From: a virus | Lineage: Duplodnaviria > Caudoviricetes | Strand: one strand, 5' to 3' | Virus record (IMG/VR): IMGVR_UViG_3300005528_000063 | Coordinates: 1,378-65,377 of that record | Length of the DNA: 64,000 bases | Shown: piece by piece, positions 1 to 7,033 of the stretch | How positions within the stretch are numbered: the first letter of the stretch is position 1 | How the letters are laid out: each line of letters begins with the position of its first letter | Notes under the pieces: model-generated | Told to the model about the DNA's origin: nothing | Databases searched by the model: none | The model's input: only the letters and a program-made list of their open reading frames with translations | Position numbers and translations under genes: made by a program

Positions 1-834
1 CTTGACCTGCTCGATGGCAGCGGTCAGGTCGGGCATCGGCTTGCCAAGCACCTGCTCGTACACACGAACCTTCTCAAGGAACCGGTCGGCCCGGTTCAAC
101 CGGATGCTGATGGAGCGGTCGGCCATTCCGCCTGCCGCCTCCATCACCTCGTCCATGATCTCGGTCAGCCCGGCCTGCACCTCCGCACCGAGCCGGTCAA
201 GCACGTGCATGACGGTGTCGGGGTCGGATGCGATCTCGACTTGATGCACCGTGAAGCGGGGACCATCGGCAGCGGGGCCAAGCACGATCCCGGCGAACGT
301 GCGGAAGTCCTCAAGCGTCTGGCCAAGCAGGAACCACACGCCGCCGTCGTCCTTGAGCGGCGTGGCCCGCCAGTGCCGGAGCATCTTGACCACCACCTGC
401 CCGACCACGCTGGACGGGAGGTAGTCGCGCATGGCAATCACCTTCTGGGAGAGGTGGTGCTCCAGGCTGGCTGTGTTCGTTGTGCCGTTCGTCTTGAGGA
501 CGGACACGCCCCAGTTGACGTCGATGTTGGCGGAGAACAGGAACTGGTAGTCGTTCTCGGCGGCGCCCGGAATGGTGCGTCGCGCCTCGAACGACGAGGG
601 ATCGTCAAGCTGCCGGCTGACGATGGGTTGCTTGCGCCGCTTGACGCAGAGCACATCGGCCACCCGCTTGACTGCCTCCCGCAGGACAGTGGTGCGGGCA
701 GGCATGGCCGGGACGAATCGCCCGCAGCCGACAGCTTCGGCCGCATCGTACAGCCTCGCCCGCTCCACCTTGCGGGTGTTGAGGATGCAGATGCCGCCGA
801 GTCCGGCGCCGATGGTGAGGGTTGTCGGTGTCAT
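1..834 (-). CDS. Conserved early phage protein, possibly DUF3150/DUF6744-like; 3' end cut by the window edge
   Basis: Not in the ORF track. Open frame from ATG 834 (RBS TAAGGAG): MTPTTLTIGAGLGGICILN...KDDGGVWFL...AAIEQVK. The GGVWF motif and linkage to AAA/vWA genes suggest the family. Confidence 0.75.
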   Translation of the reverse strand, partial: MTPTTLTIGAGLGGICILNTRKVERARLYDAAEAVGCGRFVPAMPARTTVLREAVKRVADVLCVKRRKQPIVSRQLDDPSSFEARRTIPGAAENDYQFLFSANIDVNWGVSVLKTNGTTNTASLEHHLSQKVIAMRDYLPSSVVGQVVVKMLRHWRATPLKDDGGVWFLLGQTLEDFRTFAGIVLGPAADGPRFTVHQVEIASDPDTVMHVLDRLGAEVQAGLTEIMDEVMEAAGGMADRSISIRLNRADRFLEKVRVYEQVLGKPMPDLTAAIEQVK

Positions 835-843
835 GGTCGCTCC

Positions 844-1020
844 TTAGTGGGTGATGAGAGACTTCTGCGCTGCCGTGAACCGTCGGTGCAGCACGGCGAA
901 CGCCGCCGCCTGCTCGTGTTCATCGAACTGCTCTCGATCCTCTGCCGATTCGTGCAGCGCAGTGAGGATGAGGTCGATCTCGTGTGGCGTGAGGGTCACG
1001 GTAGTAGTCGGGTATGGCAT
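844..1020 (-). CDS. Hypothetical protein (58 aa)
   Basis: AGGAGG RBS before ATG 1020; MPYPTTTVTLTPHEIDLIL. Confidence 0.7.
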   Translation of the reverse strand: MPYPTTTVTLTPHEIDLILTALHESAEDREQFDEHEQAAAFAVLHRRFTAAQKSLITH

Positions 1021-1037
1021 GGCCCGCCTCCTGTGTG

Positions 1038-1065
1038 AGTGTACATAATTACACGTAATGTTCAA
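1038..1065 (-). promoter_or_regulatory. Candidate sigma70-type promoter with overlapping dyad (possible operator)
   Basis: Minus strand TTGAAC-N16-TACACT in an AT-rich patch; dyad GTGTA-CATAAT-TACAC at 1039-1054. Confidence 0.45.
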
Positions 1066-1228
1066 TGGGTACGACGGCTGCGGACGGGTTGTCTAGCTCG
1101 CCGTTCTCGGCTGCGAGTCCCGTCCACACGACGATCTCGCCGCCCATTGACTCGTCCACGATTGCCTTTGGAAACGTGGCGACGATGAGTTCCATCAGCT
1201 CGGCCACCGTCTTGCTTCTGGTCTTCAT
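1049..1228 (-). CDS. Hypothetical protein (59 aa, below ORF-track cutoff)
   Basis: AAGGAGG RBS; MKTRSKTVAELMELIVATFPKAIVDESMGGEIVVWTG...HYV*. Confidence 0.6.
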   Translation of the reverse strand: MKTRSKTVAELMELIVATFPKAIVDESMGGEIVVWTGLAAENGELDNPSAAVVPIEHYV

Positions 1229-1463
1229 GCTCTTCCTCCTTGAGGGTCAGGTAGTTCTTCCAGTCGAACGCAATCGCGCGGGAGCCGGCGCGCACGACGA
1301 CTCCCTTCTTCTGCAACGAATGCACAACCACCGTCACGTACCCGGCGCTGGCCCAGCCGAAGTAGCTGGCGATCTCCCGGTAGGACGGCTGGCATCCAGT
1401 GAAGAGCACCGCTCTTGCGACAAGGTGCAGTAGCTCCCGCTCTCGTGATGTCAGGTCAGGCAT
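1062..1463 (-). CDS. LexA-type N-terminal winged-helix DNA-binding protein without the autopeptidase domain
   Basis: LTSRERELL...GCQPSYREIASYFGWAS...VHSLQKKGVV matches the LexA DNA-binding pattern (LTxRQ..PSxREIA..FG.xS....HL..L.KKG). Confidence 0.75.
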   Translation of the reverse strand: MPDLTSRERELLHLVARAVLFTGCQPSYREIASYFGWASAGYVTVVVHSLQKKGVVVRAGSRAIAFDWKNYLTLKEEEHEDQKQDGGRADGTHRRHVSKGNRGRVNGRRDRRVDGTRSRERRARQPVRSRRTH

Positions 1464-1683
1464 GCGGCTCCTCCTCGATGTACGCCGTGTCACCAGCGAG
1501 GCGAACGCTGCCTCTGCCAGCCATCACGACATGGGGTTGCTTGCTCCGCTCCCTGCTACGCACAGGGACAGAGCACACGATGTTGCGAACCAAGAGACAC
1601 GCACCCTTGTGGTGTACCGTCATGACCGGACGGCCCGCCTTCTGAGAGGCGGGCTTGTTGTAGTGAAAGAAGAACGCTGGCAT
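1456..1683 (-). CDS. Hypothetical phage protein
   Basis: MPAFFFHYNKPASQKAGRPVMTVH; tightly packed in the leftward operon. Confidence 0.7.
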   Translation of the reverse strand: MPAFFFHYNKPASQKAGRPVMTVHHKGACLLVRNIVCSVPVRSRERSKQPHVVMAGRGSVRLAGDTAYIEEEPHA

Positions 1684-1685
1684 GT

Positions 1686-2105
1686 TCACCCTCCGATGGT
1701 GATGGTGATGGAGTTCGCACGCTCCTCGATCGTGAAGCGCGGGCCGGAAGAAACAGTGATGCTCGCCTGCCGTGCCGCCGGCGGGGCAGTCACGACCTCG
1801 CCTGACAGAGGAGCCAGAAGCTTGGACTTCTTGCGCCGCTTCCGCAGCACGCCCGAAGTCCAGCCGTTGTGGCCGGCGGCGTTGTGCTTGTTGCCTGCGT
1901 TGCCGTGCTTGAGCTGAGGCAGCTCGATGCCTCGCTTCCGAAGCTGATTGAACCGCTGGGTCACGAGTCCATAAGGGATGCCCGTGAGTTCCGCAAACTC
2001 AGTGCGGGTCAGGCCGGCGGCGGCGGCCTCGTTCCAGCGGGCTACGAACTCGGCGGTCCAGTTGCCGAGCCGACGGGCCTTGCGGGTGGTGGTGGCGTGG
2101 GGCAT
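1686..2105 (-). CDS. Basic protein with a putative HTH
   Basis: AAGGAG RBS; TRTEFAELTGIPYGLVTQRFNQLRKRGIELP resembles an HTH. Confidence 0.6.
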   Translation of the reverse strand: MPHATTTRKARRLGNWTAEFVARWNEAAAAGLTRTEFAELTGIPYGLVTQRFNQLRKRGIELPQLKHGNAGNKHNAAGHNGWTSGVLRKRRKKSKLLAPLSGEVVTAPPAARQASITVSSGPRFTIEERANSITITIGG

Positions 2106-2121
2106 ATCACTCTCCTTGTGA

Positions 2122-2199
2122 TTAGGAACGGAGACTGCGGAACAGTTCCGCAATCAGATGAAGCACGATCAGAACTAGGCGCATCTCGTCGTCGGACAT
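2122..2199 (-). CDS. 25-aa small protein
   Basis: AAGGAGG-N5-ATG; MSDDEMRLVLIVLHLIAELFRSLRS*; fills the gap between neighbours. Confidence 0.55.
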   Translation of the reverse strand: MSDDEMRLVLIVLHLIAELFRSLRS

Positions 2200-2244
2200 G
2201 GGTGCCTCCTTGCGTGTGGCCGCAGCGTCCATGCTGCGGCATGG

Positions 2245-2457
2245 TCAGTCGCCTCGCACCATGCAGGCGACCTGTTCAGCGGACATGAACTCAGGCGGGA
2301 GCGGAGGGCGTGCGCCGTCCGCTCGCTCGACGGCCTCGAGCAGATCGAGCAGGCACTCGACCGGCACAAGAACCCTGCCTCCCTCGTAGTACCTTGCTCG
2401 TGCGAGCAGGACTTTGGAGCAGGTCAGGACGTCGGCCTCCGGTTCTTCGGGCCTCAT
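2245..2457 (-). CDS. Hypothetical protein
   Basis: AAGGAGG RBS; MRPEEPEADVL. Confidence 0.65.
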   Translation of the reverse strand: MRPEEPEADVLTCSKVLLARARYYEGGRVLVPVECLLDLLEAVERADGARPPLPPEFMSAEQVACMVRGD

Positions 2458-2486
2458 GGGGAACCTCCTTGTTGGTGGATGGAACA

Positions 2487-2500
2487 CAGACTCCGCAGCG
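2487..2500 (-). repeat. Intergenic 14-bp box, copy 1
   Basis: cagactccgcagcg on +; 5 nt after the stop of 2506..2931. Confidence 0.9.
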
Positions 2501-2505
2501 AGAAC

Positions 2506-2931
2506 TCACAGGTCTTCCCACTGCTTCTCGATGAGGTCGGCAAGCTGATCGAACGGCATGGCGCAGTCATCGTTCAGGTACGTGATGCCGTGATCGCCGG
2601 CATACGGTTCGTCGCTGTCAACGTGGATGCTGGGGTCAGCCTCACTAATCCCGGCCCACTGTCGCACTGAATGCGGCAGGTTGTCGGTGTGGTTGGCGTA
2701 CGCACCGACGTGCCTGTGGCTGCCGCACAGCCTGCTTGGCAGCGACTCCCACTGGTAGTGGTAATCGGAGCCGTCGGCGTTGTGCTCCTTGCGGTGCAGT
2801 TCACAGAGCACGCCCAAGCAGCAGTAGCTGAGCGAGCCGTCTTCGTTAGCAAGCCGAAGCTCGCCGGTGGTCTGCGCGTACTGGCCGGAGCGCAACGCGG
2901 CCACCCACTTCTCCATCACTTCGCGGTTCAT
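2506..2931 (-). CDS. Conserved phage protein (WVxALRSG...CCLGVLC type)
   Basis: MNREVMEKWVAALRSGQYAQTTGEL...YCCLGVLCEL...LNDD...FDQLADLIE; AGGAG RBS. Confidence 0.8.
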   Translation of the reverse strand: MNREVMEKWVAALRSGQYAQTTGELRLANEDGSLSYCCLGVLCELHRKEHNADGSDYHYQWESLPSRLCGSHRHVGAYANHTDNLPHSVRQWAGISEADPSIHVDSDEPYAGDHGITYLNDDCAMPFDQLADLIEKQWEDL

Positions 2932-2952
2932 CGAATCGTCTCCTGTCTTGGA

Positions 2953-2990
2953 AGGGAAAGCGGGGCCGCCGCACAGTGCGGCAGCCCCGC
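2953..2990 (-). terminator. Terminator-like GC hairpin
   Basis: GCGGGGCTGCCGCAC-T-GTGCGGCGGCCCCGC followed by TTTCCCTT. Confidence 0.55.
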
Positions 2991-2996
2991 AGAACA

Positions 2997-3010
2997 CAGA
3001 CTCCGCAGCG
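2997..3010 (-). repeat. Intergenic 14-bp box, copy 2
   Basis: cagactccgcagcg exact. Confidence 0.9.
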
Positions 3011-3022
3011 GGAAAGCTGCGA

Positions 3023-3889
3023 TCACATGAGGTCGTGCAGCGCCTCGATGCCGGCGTGCCCGTACATCTCGAACACATCGTGCAGCGTCTCCTTGCGGAA
3101 GCCGAACGCACGCAGGTCGTCGAACCGCATGTCGGTGTAGAACTGCGCCTCGTCCTCGAGCGTCTCGATCTCGTCCTCGTCGTAGCCCATCGGGTCACGC
3201 AGTAGGGTGGACTGCCGCTCGCACAGGAGCAGGTCGTCGTTGTCACGCTCGGTGTCGAGAGCCTGCTCCTTGCTGCTGCTGTACGTCAGCCGGCTAGTGG
3301 ACGGACCCATGTCACGCCAGTTGTAGTAGCCGATCGAGGTGTAGCGCGACGCCTTGTAGCCGTCGTTGCTGTACCAGTGACCGTCGCTGGCCCACGTGCC
3401 AGACTTGGCGTTCCAAATGCCGTGCTTGCCGTCCGCACGGAGGAAGCAGAACTTGCTGCCAGTGTGTGCCATCTCCTGCGTGTAGGTCATGTCTTGGTGC
3501 AGGAAGAAGTCAGGGTCACGACTGTGCATCGGCTTGAGAACCAGCTCGTTGAAGTGCCACGTGTCGGACATGGCCTGGTTCACGTTGCGTTCGATGCTGA
3601 CGATGCCGTTGTGGATCATGGCGAGGTCGCCACTCACCATGAACGGATGGCAGTTGAGCAAGTCGGTGTTGCCGTGCGTCGCCCACCGAAAGTGGATGAG
3701 TGCTTGGCAGTCGGAGTACGGCTCGAACGCAGCGCGGAACTCCGAGTAATCGCCGAGCCCATGCACGACAAGCAGATGGCCGTCGTGCAGGGCAGCGAAT
3801 CCCCACGAGTGCGGGTTGGAATCATGGCCGTTCTCGTAGGCAGTCCAGTCGGGCTTGGTTTCGGCGGGCTTGTAGATGGCGAGGCACAT
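3023..3889 (-). CDS. Class II (Ntn) glutamine amidotransferase
   Basis: N-terminal M-C (catalytic Cys1), HFRWATHG, NCHPF, HNG and SDT motifs. Confidence 0.9.
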   Translation of the reverse strand: MCLAIYKPAETKPDWTAYENGHDSNPHSWGFAALHDGHLLVVHGLGDYSEFRAAFEPYSDCQALIHFRWATHGNTDLLNCHPFMVSGDLAMIHNGIVSIERNVNQAMSDTWHFNELVLKPMHSRDPDFFLHQDMTYTQEMAHTGSKFCFLRADGKHGIWNAKSGTWASDGHWYSNDGYKASRYTSIGYYNWRDMGPSTSRLTYSSSKEQALDTERDNDDLLLCERQSTLLRDPMGYDEDEIETLEDEAQFYTDMRFDDLRAFGFRKETLHDVFEMYGHAGIEALHDLM

Positions 3890-3942
3890 AAGCAAATGCT
3901 CCGGGAAGGGATGATGGATGGATGAACACGACACGGGCAGGG

Positions 3943-5196
3943 CTAGGCGGCGGGCCTGTCCTTGCGTGGCTTGATCGACGGCTTGGCAACGGTCGCGTAC
4001 ATGCGGCCGAACGCCGAGTCGTGCGAGCGGAGCCACTGATCCAGCTCGATGTACTCGAAGCGTGCGTCAGTGGTGCCGAGCCACGTGAGGAACTCGGAAG
4101 GGCTGAGCTTGCGGCGATCCGCCGACGCCTGCCGGCAGAAGTCACGCACAGCCAGCACGTAGCACAGGTTCTTGAGGATGTTGCTCGTCCGTGCGGACGG
4201 GCGGAAGATGCGGAACTCCACCGTGCTACGCTTCACGTTGAGCGCCGAATACTTGTCGCTCTGGTCGGCCTTGTAGGGCAGGCCGGTCGAGACAAGCGAG
4301 CGGTGCGACGGGAAGGATGCGTAGTGCGTCTGCCGGCAGGCGATGTCGATGTGGAATCCGACGTTCGCCGGCAGGTGCATGAAGCACAGCATCTTGCCGA
4401 GCGTGAGCGGCGAGACACTGGATCGGGCGAGATGCACGTGCATCCCGCACTGCGTCCTCGACCACGCACTGACCGCACCGTTGCCGAGCCGCCCGTCGGG
4501 GAACGCAGCGGCGAGTACCTTGCGGTGCTCGTCGAGCGTCATCGGGACGGTGACGAACTCGAGGCCGGTGCGATCGGGCAGGCTGCCGTCACGCTTGGCA
4601 ATCGAGCCGTGACCGTACTCCGTACCGCCGATCAGCTCGCGGTACGCCCTGTTGTACGGGCCGCAGATCGCTGCGGCTCCGGTGTTGGCGTCCTCGTGGC
4701 CGATGCACTCGAACTCGAAGGCGACGGTCGGAGTCGTCCGCTTGTAGCGGTGCCGCTTCCAGCCCGTCTCCTCAAGCACGCACGTGTTGTATTCGAGCAG
4801 CTCGTCGCTGCCCTCCTCGCGGCACGAGCAGTCCTCGTCGTTGCAGTCACCGTTCTCGCAGCGAGAGCCGCCGTGACGGTGATACCCGTCCTCGTTGTAC
4901 CCGTCGCTGTCGTACCCGTCGCAGTCGAAGCCGTCCCGGTCGTAGCCCTCGCTGTCGTACCCCTCCTCGTTGTAGCCGGAGCGGTCGTAGCCATCGCAGT
5001 CGTAGCCGTATTCGTCAAAGCGGCCGCCGTCCCGCGTGCGTCCTTCGTCGTTGAACACCGTGCCGGTATCGCAGTGGATGCCGTGCTCGTCGAAGCCGCC
5101 CTCGTCGAAGGCGGTGCCGTTCAGGTGGACGCCGTCGCTGTCGAACCCGTACTCGTCACGCTCGACCTCGTTGGAGGCGGTGTTCTCGGTGGTCAT
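3943..5196 (-). CDS. Putative amidoligase (COOH-NH2 ligase, Amidoligase_2-like) with an acidic N-terminal repeat region
   Basis: FEFE, KRDGSL, GLEFVT, CGMHVH, KYSALN and TVEFRIF motifs; adjacent to the GATase. Confidence 0.85.
   Translation of the reverse strand: MTTENTASNEVERDEYGFDSDGVHLNGTAFDEGGFDEHGIHCDTGTVFNDEGRTRDGGRFDEYGYDCDGYDRSGYNEEGYDSEGYDRDGFDCDGYDSDGYNEDGYHRHGGSRCENGDCNDEDCSCREEGSDELLEYNTCVLEETGWKRHRYKRTTPTVAFEFECIGHEDANTGAAAICGPYNRAYRELIGGTEYGHGSIAKRDGSLPDRTGLEFVTVPMTLDEHRKVLAAAFPDGRLGNGAVSAWSRTQCGMHVHLARSSVSPLTLGKMLCFMHLPANVGFHIDIACRQTHYASFPSHRSLVSTGLPYKADQSDKYSALNVKRSTVEFRIFRPSARTSNILKNLCYVLAVRDFCRQASADRRKLSPSEFLTWLGTTDARFEYIELDQWLRSHDSAFGRMYATVAKPSIKPRKDRPAA
4880..5155 (-). 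repeat. Coding 5-aa (15-nt) G[YF][DN]xx tandem repeats
   Basis: YGYDCDGYDRSGYNEEGYDSEGYDRDGFDCDGYDSDGYNEDGY, with more degenerate units upstream. Confidence 0.85.
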
Positions 5197-5214
5197 GTCG
5201 AAACTCCTCAGGGG

Positions 5215-5248
5215 AAAAAGAAAAGGCCGCCCCACGTTGGGACGGCCT
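5215..5248 (-). terminator. Intrinsic terminator-like hairpin
   Basis: AGGCCGTCCCA-ACG-TGGGGCGGCCT followed by TTTCTTTTT. Confidence 0.7.
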
Positions 5249-5258
5249 GCCTCAGAAC

Positions 5259-5272
5259 CAGACTCCGCAGCG
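5259..5272 (-). repeat. Intergenic 14-bp box, copy 3
   Basis: Exact; 1 nt after a TGA. Confidence 0.9.
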
Positions 5273-5273
5273 G

Positions 5274-5552
5274 TCAATCGCGGCCGGCTTCGGTCGTGTC
5301 GGGGCAGGTGGCAAGCCGCATCGCCAGCTCTTCCTTGAACGTGTCCAGCGGAGTCGATGTAAAGCACGACACCTGCGTGAACGTCAGCGGGAAGGCTTTC
5401 TGAAACGCCCGAAGAAGCAGCAGGAAATCAACGGAAACCCCTTCTCCGAATCCGTTGTCGAAATAAACGCGACCGTCCTTGCTCAGTTCGAGTTCGCAAT
5501 ACTCATCTCCAACGTCTTCCGTCAGAACCAAATAGCCGCAGTCAACGTGCAT
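5274..5552 (-). CDS. Hypothetical protein, lower GC than neighbours
   Basis: MHVDCGYLVLTEDV; flanked by boxes; more A/T-ending codons. Confidence 0.65.
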   Translation of the reverse strand: MHVDCGYLVLTEDVGDEYCELELSKDGRVYFDNGFGEGVSVDFLLLLRAFQKAFPLTFTQVSCFTSTPLDTFKEELAMRLATCPDTTEAGRD

Positions 5553-5627
5553 GGCGTTGCCTTTCTGTGGCATGAAAACGCGAAGGGGCCAGCCGCCACC
5601 GTGACGACTGGCCCCTGCCGCAAGGAT

Positions 5628-5641
5628 CAGACTCCGCATCG
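5628..5641 (-). repeat. Intergenic 14-bp box, copy 4 (1 mismatch)
   Basis: cagactccgcatcg; followed on - by a long AGGGGCCAG...CTGGCCCCT hairpin. Confidence 0.85.
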
Positions 5642-5645
5642 GGGA

Positions 5646-5882
5646 TCACCGCAGGTTGCGGCGACGGCCCACCATCGGCGTGAGCAGCCGGTCGATCTCG
5701 CGGTCGATCTCGACGGTGTTGTCGGCGGATTCCTCCGCACGCTCACGGGTACGGAAGGGGCCGACGGGCTCGGCTGCACTCCGCAGGTCGAGGAAGTAGA
5801 AGCCGCCCGTGCCAGGAAACACGACGGCTTGGGCCTTGTTCTCGCTGTTGCGAACGACGGACAGGGTGGGATCGAGAGGCAT
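5646..5882 (-). CDS. Hypothetical protein
   Basis: TAAGGAG RBS; contains a GPFRTRERAEE motif common in small phage proteins. Confidence 0.7.
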   Translation of the reverse strand: MPLDPTLSVVRNSENKAQAVVFPGTGGFYFLDLRSAAEPVGPFRTRERAEESADNTVEIDREIDRLLTPMVGRRRNLR

Positions 5883-5906
5883 GGTGATGCTCCTTATGGA
5901 ACGTGG

Positions 5907-5940
5907 AAACAAAAACGCCCACCGCGAAGTGCGATGGGCG
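5907..5940 (-). terminator. Intrinsic terminator-like hairpin
   Basis: CGCCCATCGC-ACTTC-GCGGTGGGCG followed by TTTTTGTTT. Confidence 0.7.
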
Positions 5941-5990
5941 AACCTGCGAGTGCAGGATTGGGGGCTGGCTGGCAGCACAGCCCCGTATCC

Positions 5991-6004
5991 CAGACTCCGC
6001 AGCG
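5991..6004 (-). repeat. Intergenic 14-bp box, copy 5
   Basis: Exact. Confidence 0.9.
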
Positions 6005-6007
6005 GGA

Positions 6008-6397
6008 TCACTCGCACGCCAGCTCGATGGCATCGACGGCATCGGCGTGCTTCAGCCCCTTGATGGCGGCCTTGAGCAGGTTGCCGTCATCCACGCGGAG
6101 CGAGCCGGCGAAGGCACCGTTCACGTAGAGCAACACGTACTCGCGGCCCTGCTTCGTGGTGGAACCCTTGCGGAACTCGACGCCGCCGCACTCGACGCCC
6201 TCGACCTCCTCCGCCTCGACCTTCGGCTTGGCCTTCGCCTTCGCCGGAGCGGCTTTCTTGCCCTTCTGCGACTCACGCCACTTGCGGAGAGCCTCAGGGT
6301 TGCCCTTCTTCTTGCCCTTCGCCTTGCTCTTGGCAGGGGCGGCGGCAGCGTCAGCGATCAGCGAGAACAGCATCTTCTTCATCATGTCAGCGTTCAT
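6008..6397 (-). CDS. Lys/Ala-rich basic protein, possibly DNA-binding
   Basis: AAAAPAKSKAKGKKKG...KKAAPAKAKAKPK; GAGGAG RBS. Confidence 0.75.
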   Translation of the reverse strand: MNADMMKKMLFSLIADAAAAPAKSKAKGKKKGNPEALRKWRESQKGKKAAPAKAKAKPKVEAEEVEGVECGGVEFRKGSTTKQGREYVLLYVNGAFAGSLRVDDGNLLKAAIKGLKHADAVDAIELACE

Positions 6398-6485
6398 AGG
6401 AAACTCCTCAGTGAAAGAACCAATCGAACCTTCCCGCGAAGTGCGGGTGGAGGCGGGGTGACGAAGTGCCAGCCCCGCTACCATC

Positions 6486-6499
6486 CAGACTCCGCAGCG
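6486..6499 (-). repeat. Intergenic 14-bp box, copy 6
   Basis: Exact. Confidence 0.9.
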
Positions 6500-6504
6500 G
6501 CAAA

Positions 6505-6684
6505 TCACGCCACCAACAGCACGGGATACCGACTCTCGACCACGACCTCGCCGGACGGGTCGTAGAGCACGAACAGACGCACGCCATCGGCGTTGTCGTT
6601 GATGTACCAGCGGGCCTTGCGTTCATTGGGGAACACGTAGGAACGACGCTCGCCGGACGACGCGATGGAAACGACGCAGAACAT
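6505..6684 (-). CDS. Hypothetical protein (59 aa)
   Basis: CAGGAG RBS; MFCVVSIASSGERRSY. Confidence 0.65.
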   Translation of the reverse strand: MFCVVSIASSGERRSYVFPNERKARWYINDNADGVRLFVLYDPSGEVVVESRYPVLLVA

Positions 6685-6742
6685 GGGACGCTCCTGTGGA
6701 ACGTGGGAGGGACGCGGCAGCCGAACGTCGGCCACCGAAAGA

Positions 6743-6756
6743 CAGACTCCGCAGCG
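6743..6756 (-). repeat. Intergenic 14-bp box, copy 7
   Basis: Exact. Confidence 0.9.
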
Positions 6757-6761
6757 GCGAA

Positions 6762-6959
6762 TCACGCGGCCGGAGGGACGAACGCCACCTTGCTCGTGTC
6801 AGCGAGAGCCGACTCGATCGAGTGGTGGAAGGAGATGCTCTCGTACTCGTAGTCGAGGCTCACGAACTCCGACGCAGTGATGAAGGAGTTGAATGGCCCC
6901 GCTACGACGTTGGGTTGATCTGCGGGGGTGTGAACGACGATCCAGATTGGCTCACGCAT
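6762..6959 (-). CDS. Hypothetical protein, first gene of the leftward arm
   Basis: GGAGGA RBS; MREPIWIVVH...VAGPFNS. Confidence 0.65.
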   Translation of the reverse strand: MREPIWIVVHTPADQPNVVAGPFNSFITASEFVSLDYEYESISFHHSIESALADTSKVAFVPPAA

Positions 6960-7019
6960 GGTGCAGTCCTCCGGTCGGTCACAACGACGGTCACTCGCCG
7001 TCGTCGTGCCGACACAACA

Positions 7020-7033
7020 CAGACTCCGCAGCG
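7020..7033 (-). repeat. Intergenic 14-bp box, copy 8
   Basis: Exact; followed by hairpin CACGACGACGG...CCGTCGTTGTG. Confidence 0.9.

Noticed and set aside
1-357. Exact direct terminal repeat of the virion DNA
   Set aside because: The two ends are clearly diverged and fall mid-gene, unlike a packaging-generated repeat.
2487-7033. CRISPR array interpretation of the repeated box
   Set aside because: The repeat is only 14 bp, spacing is 250-2260 bp and holds whole genes, and no cas genes are present.
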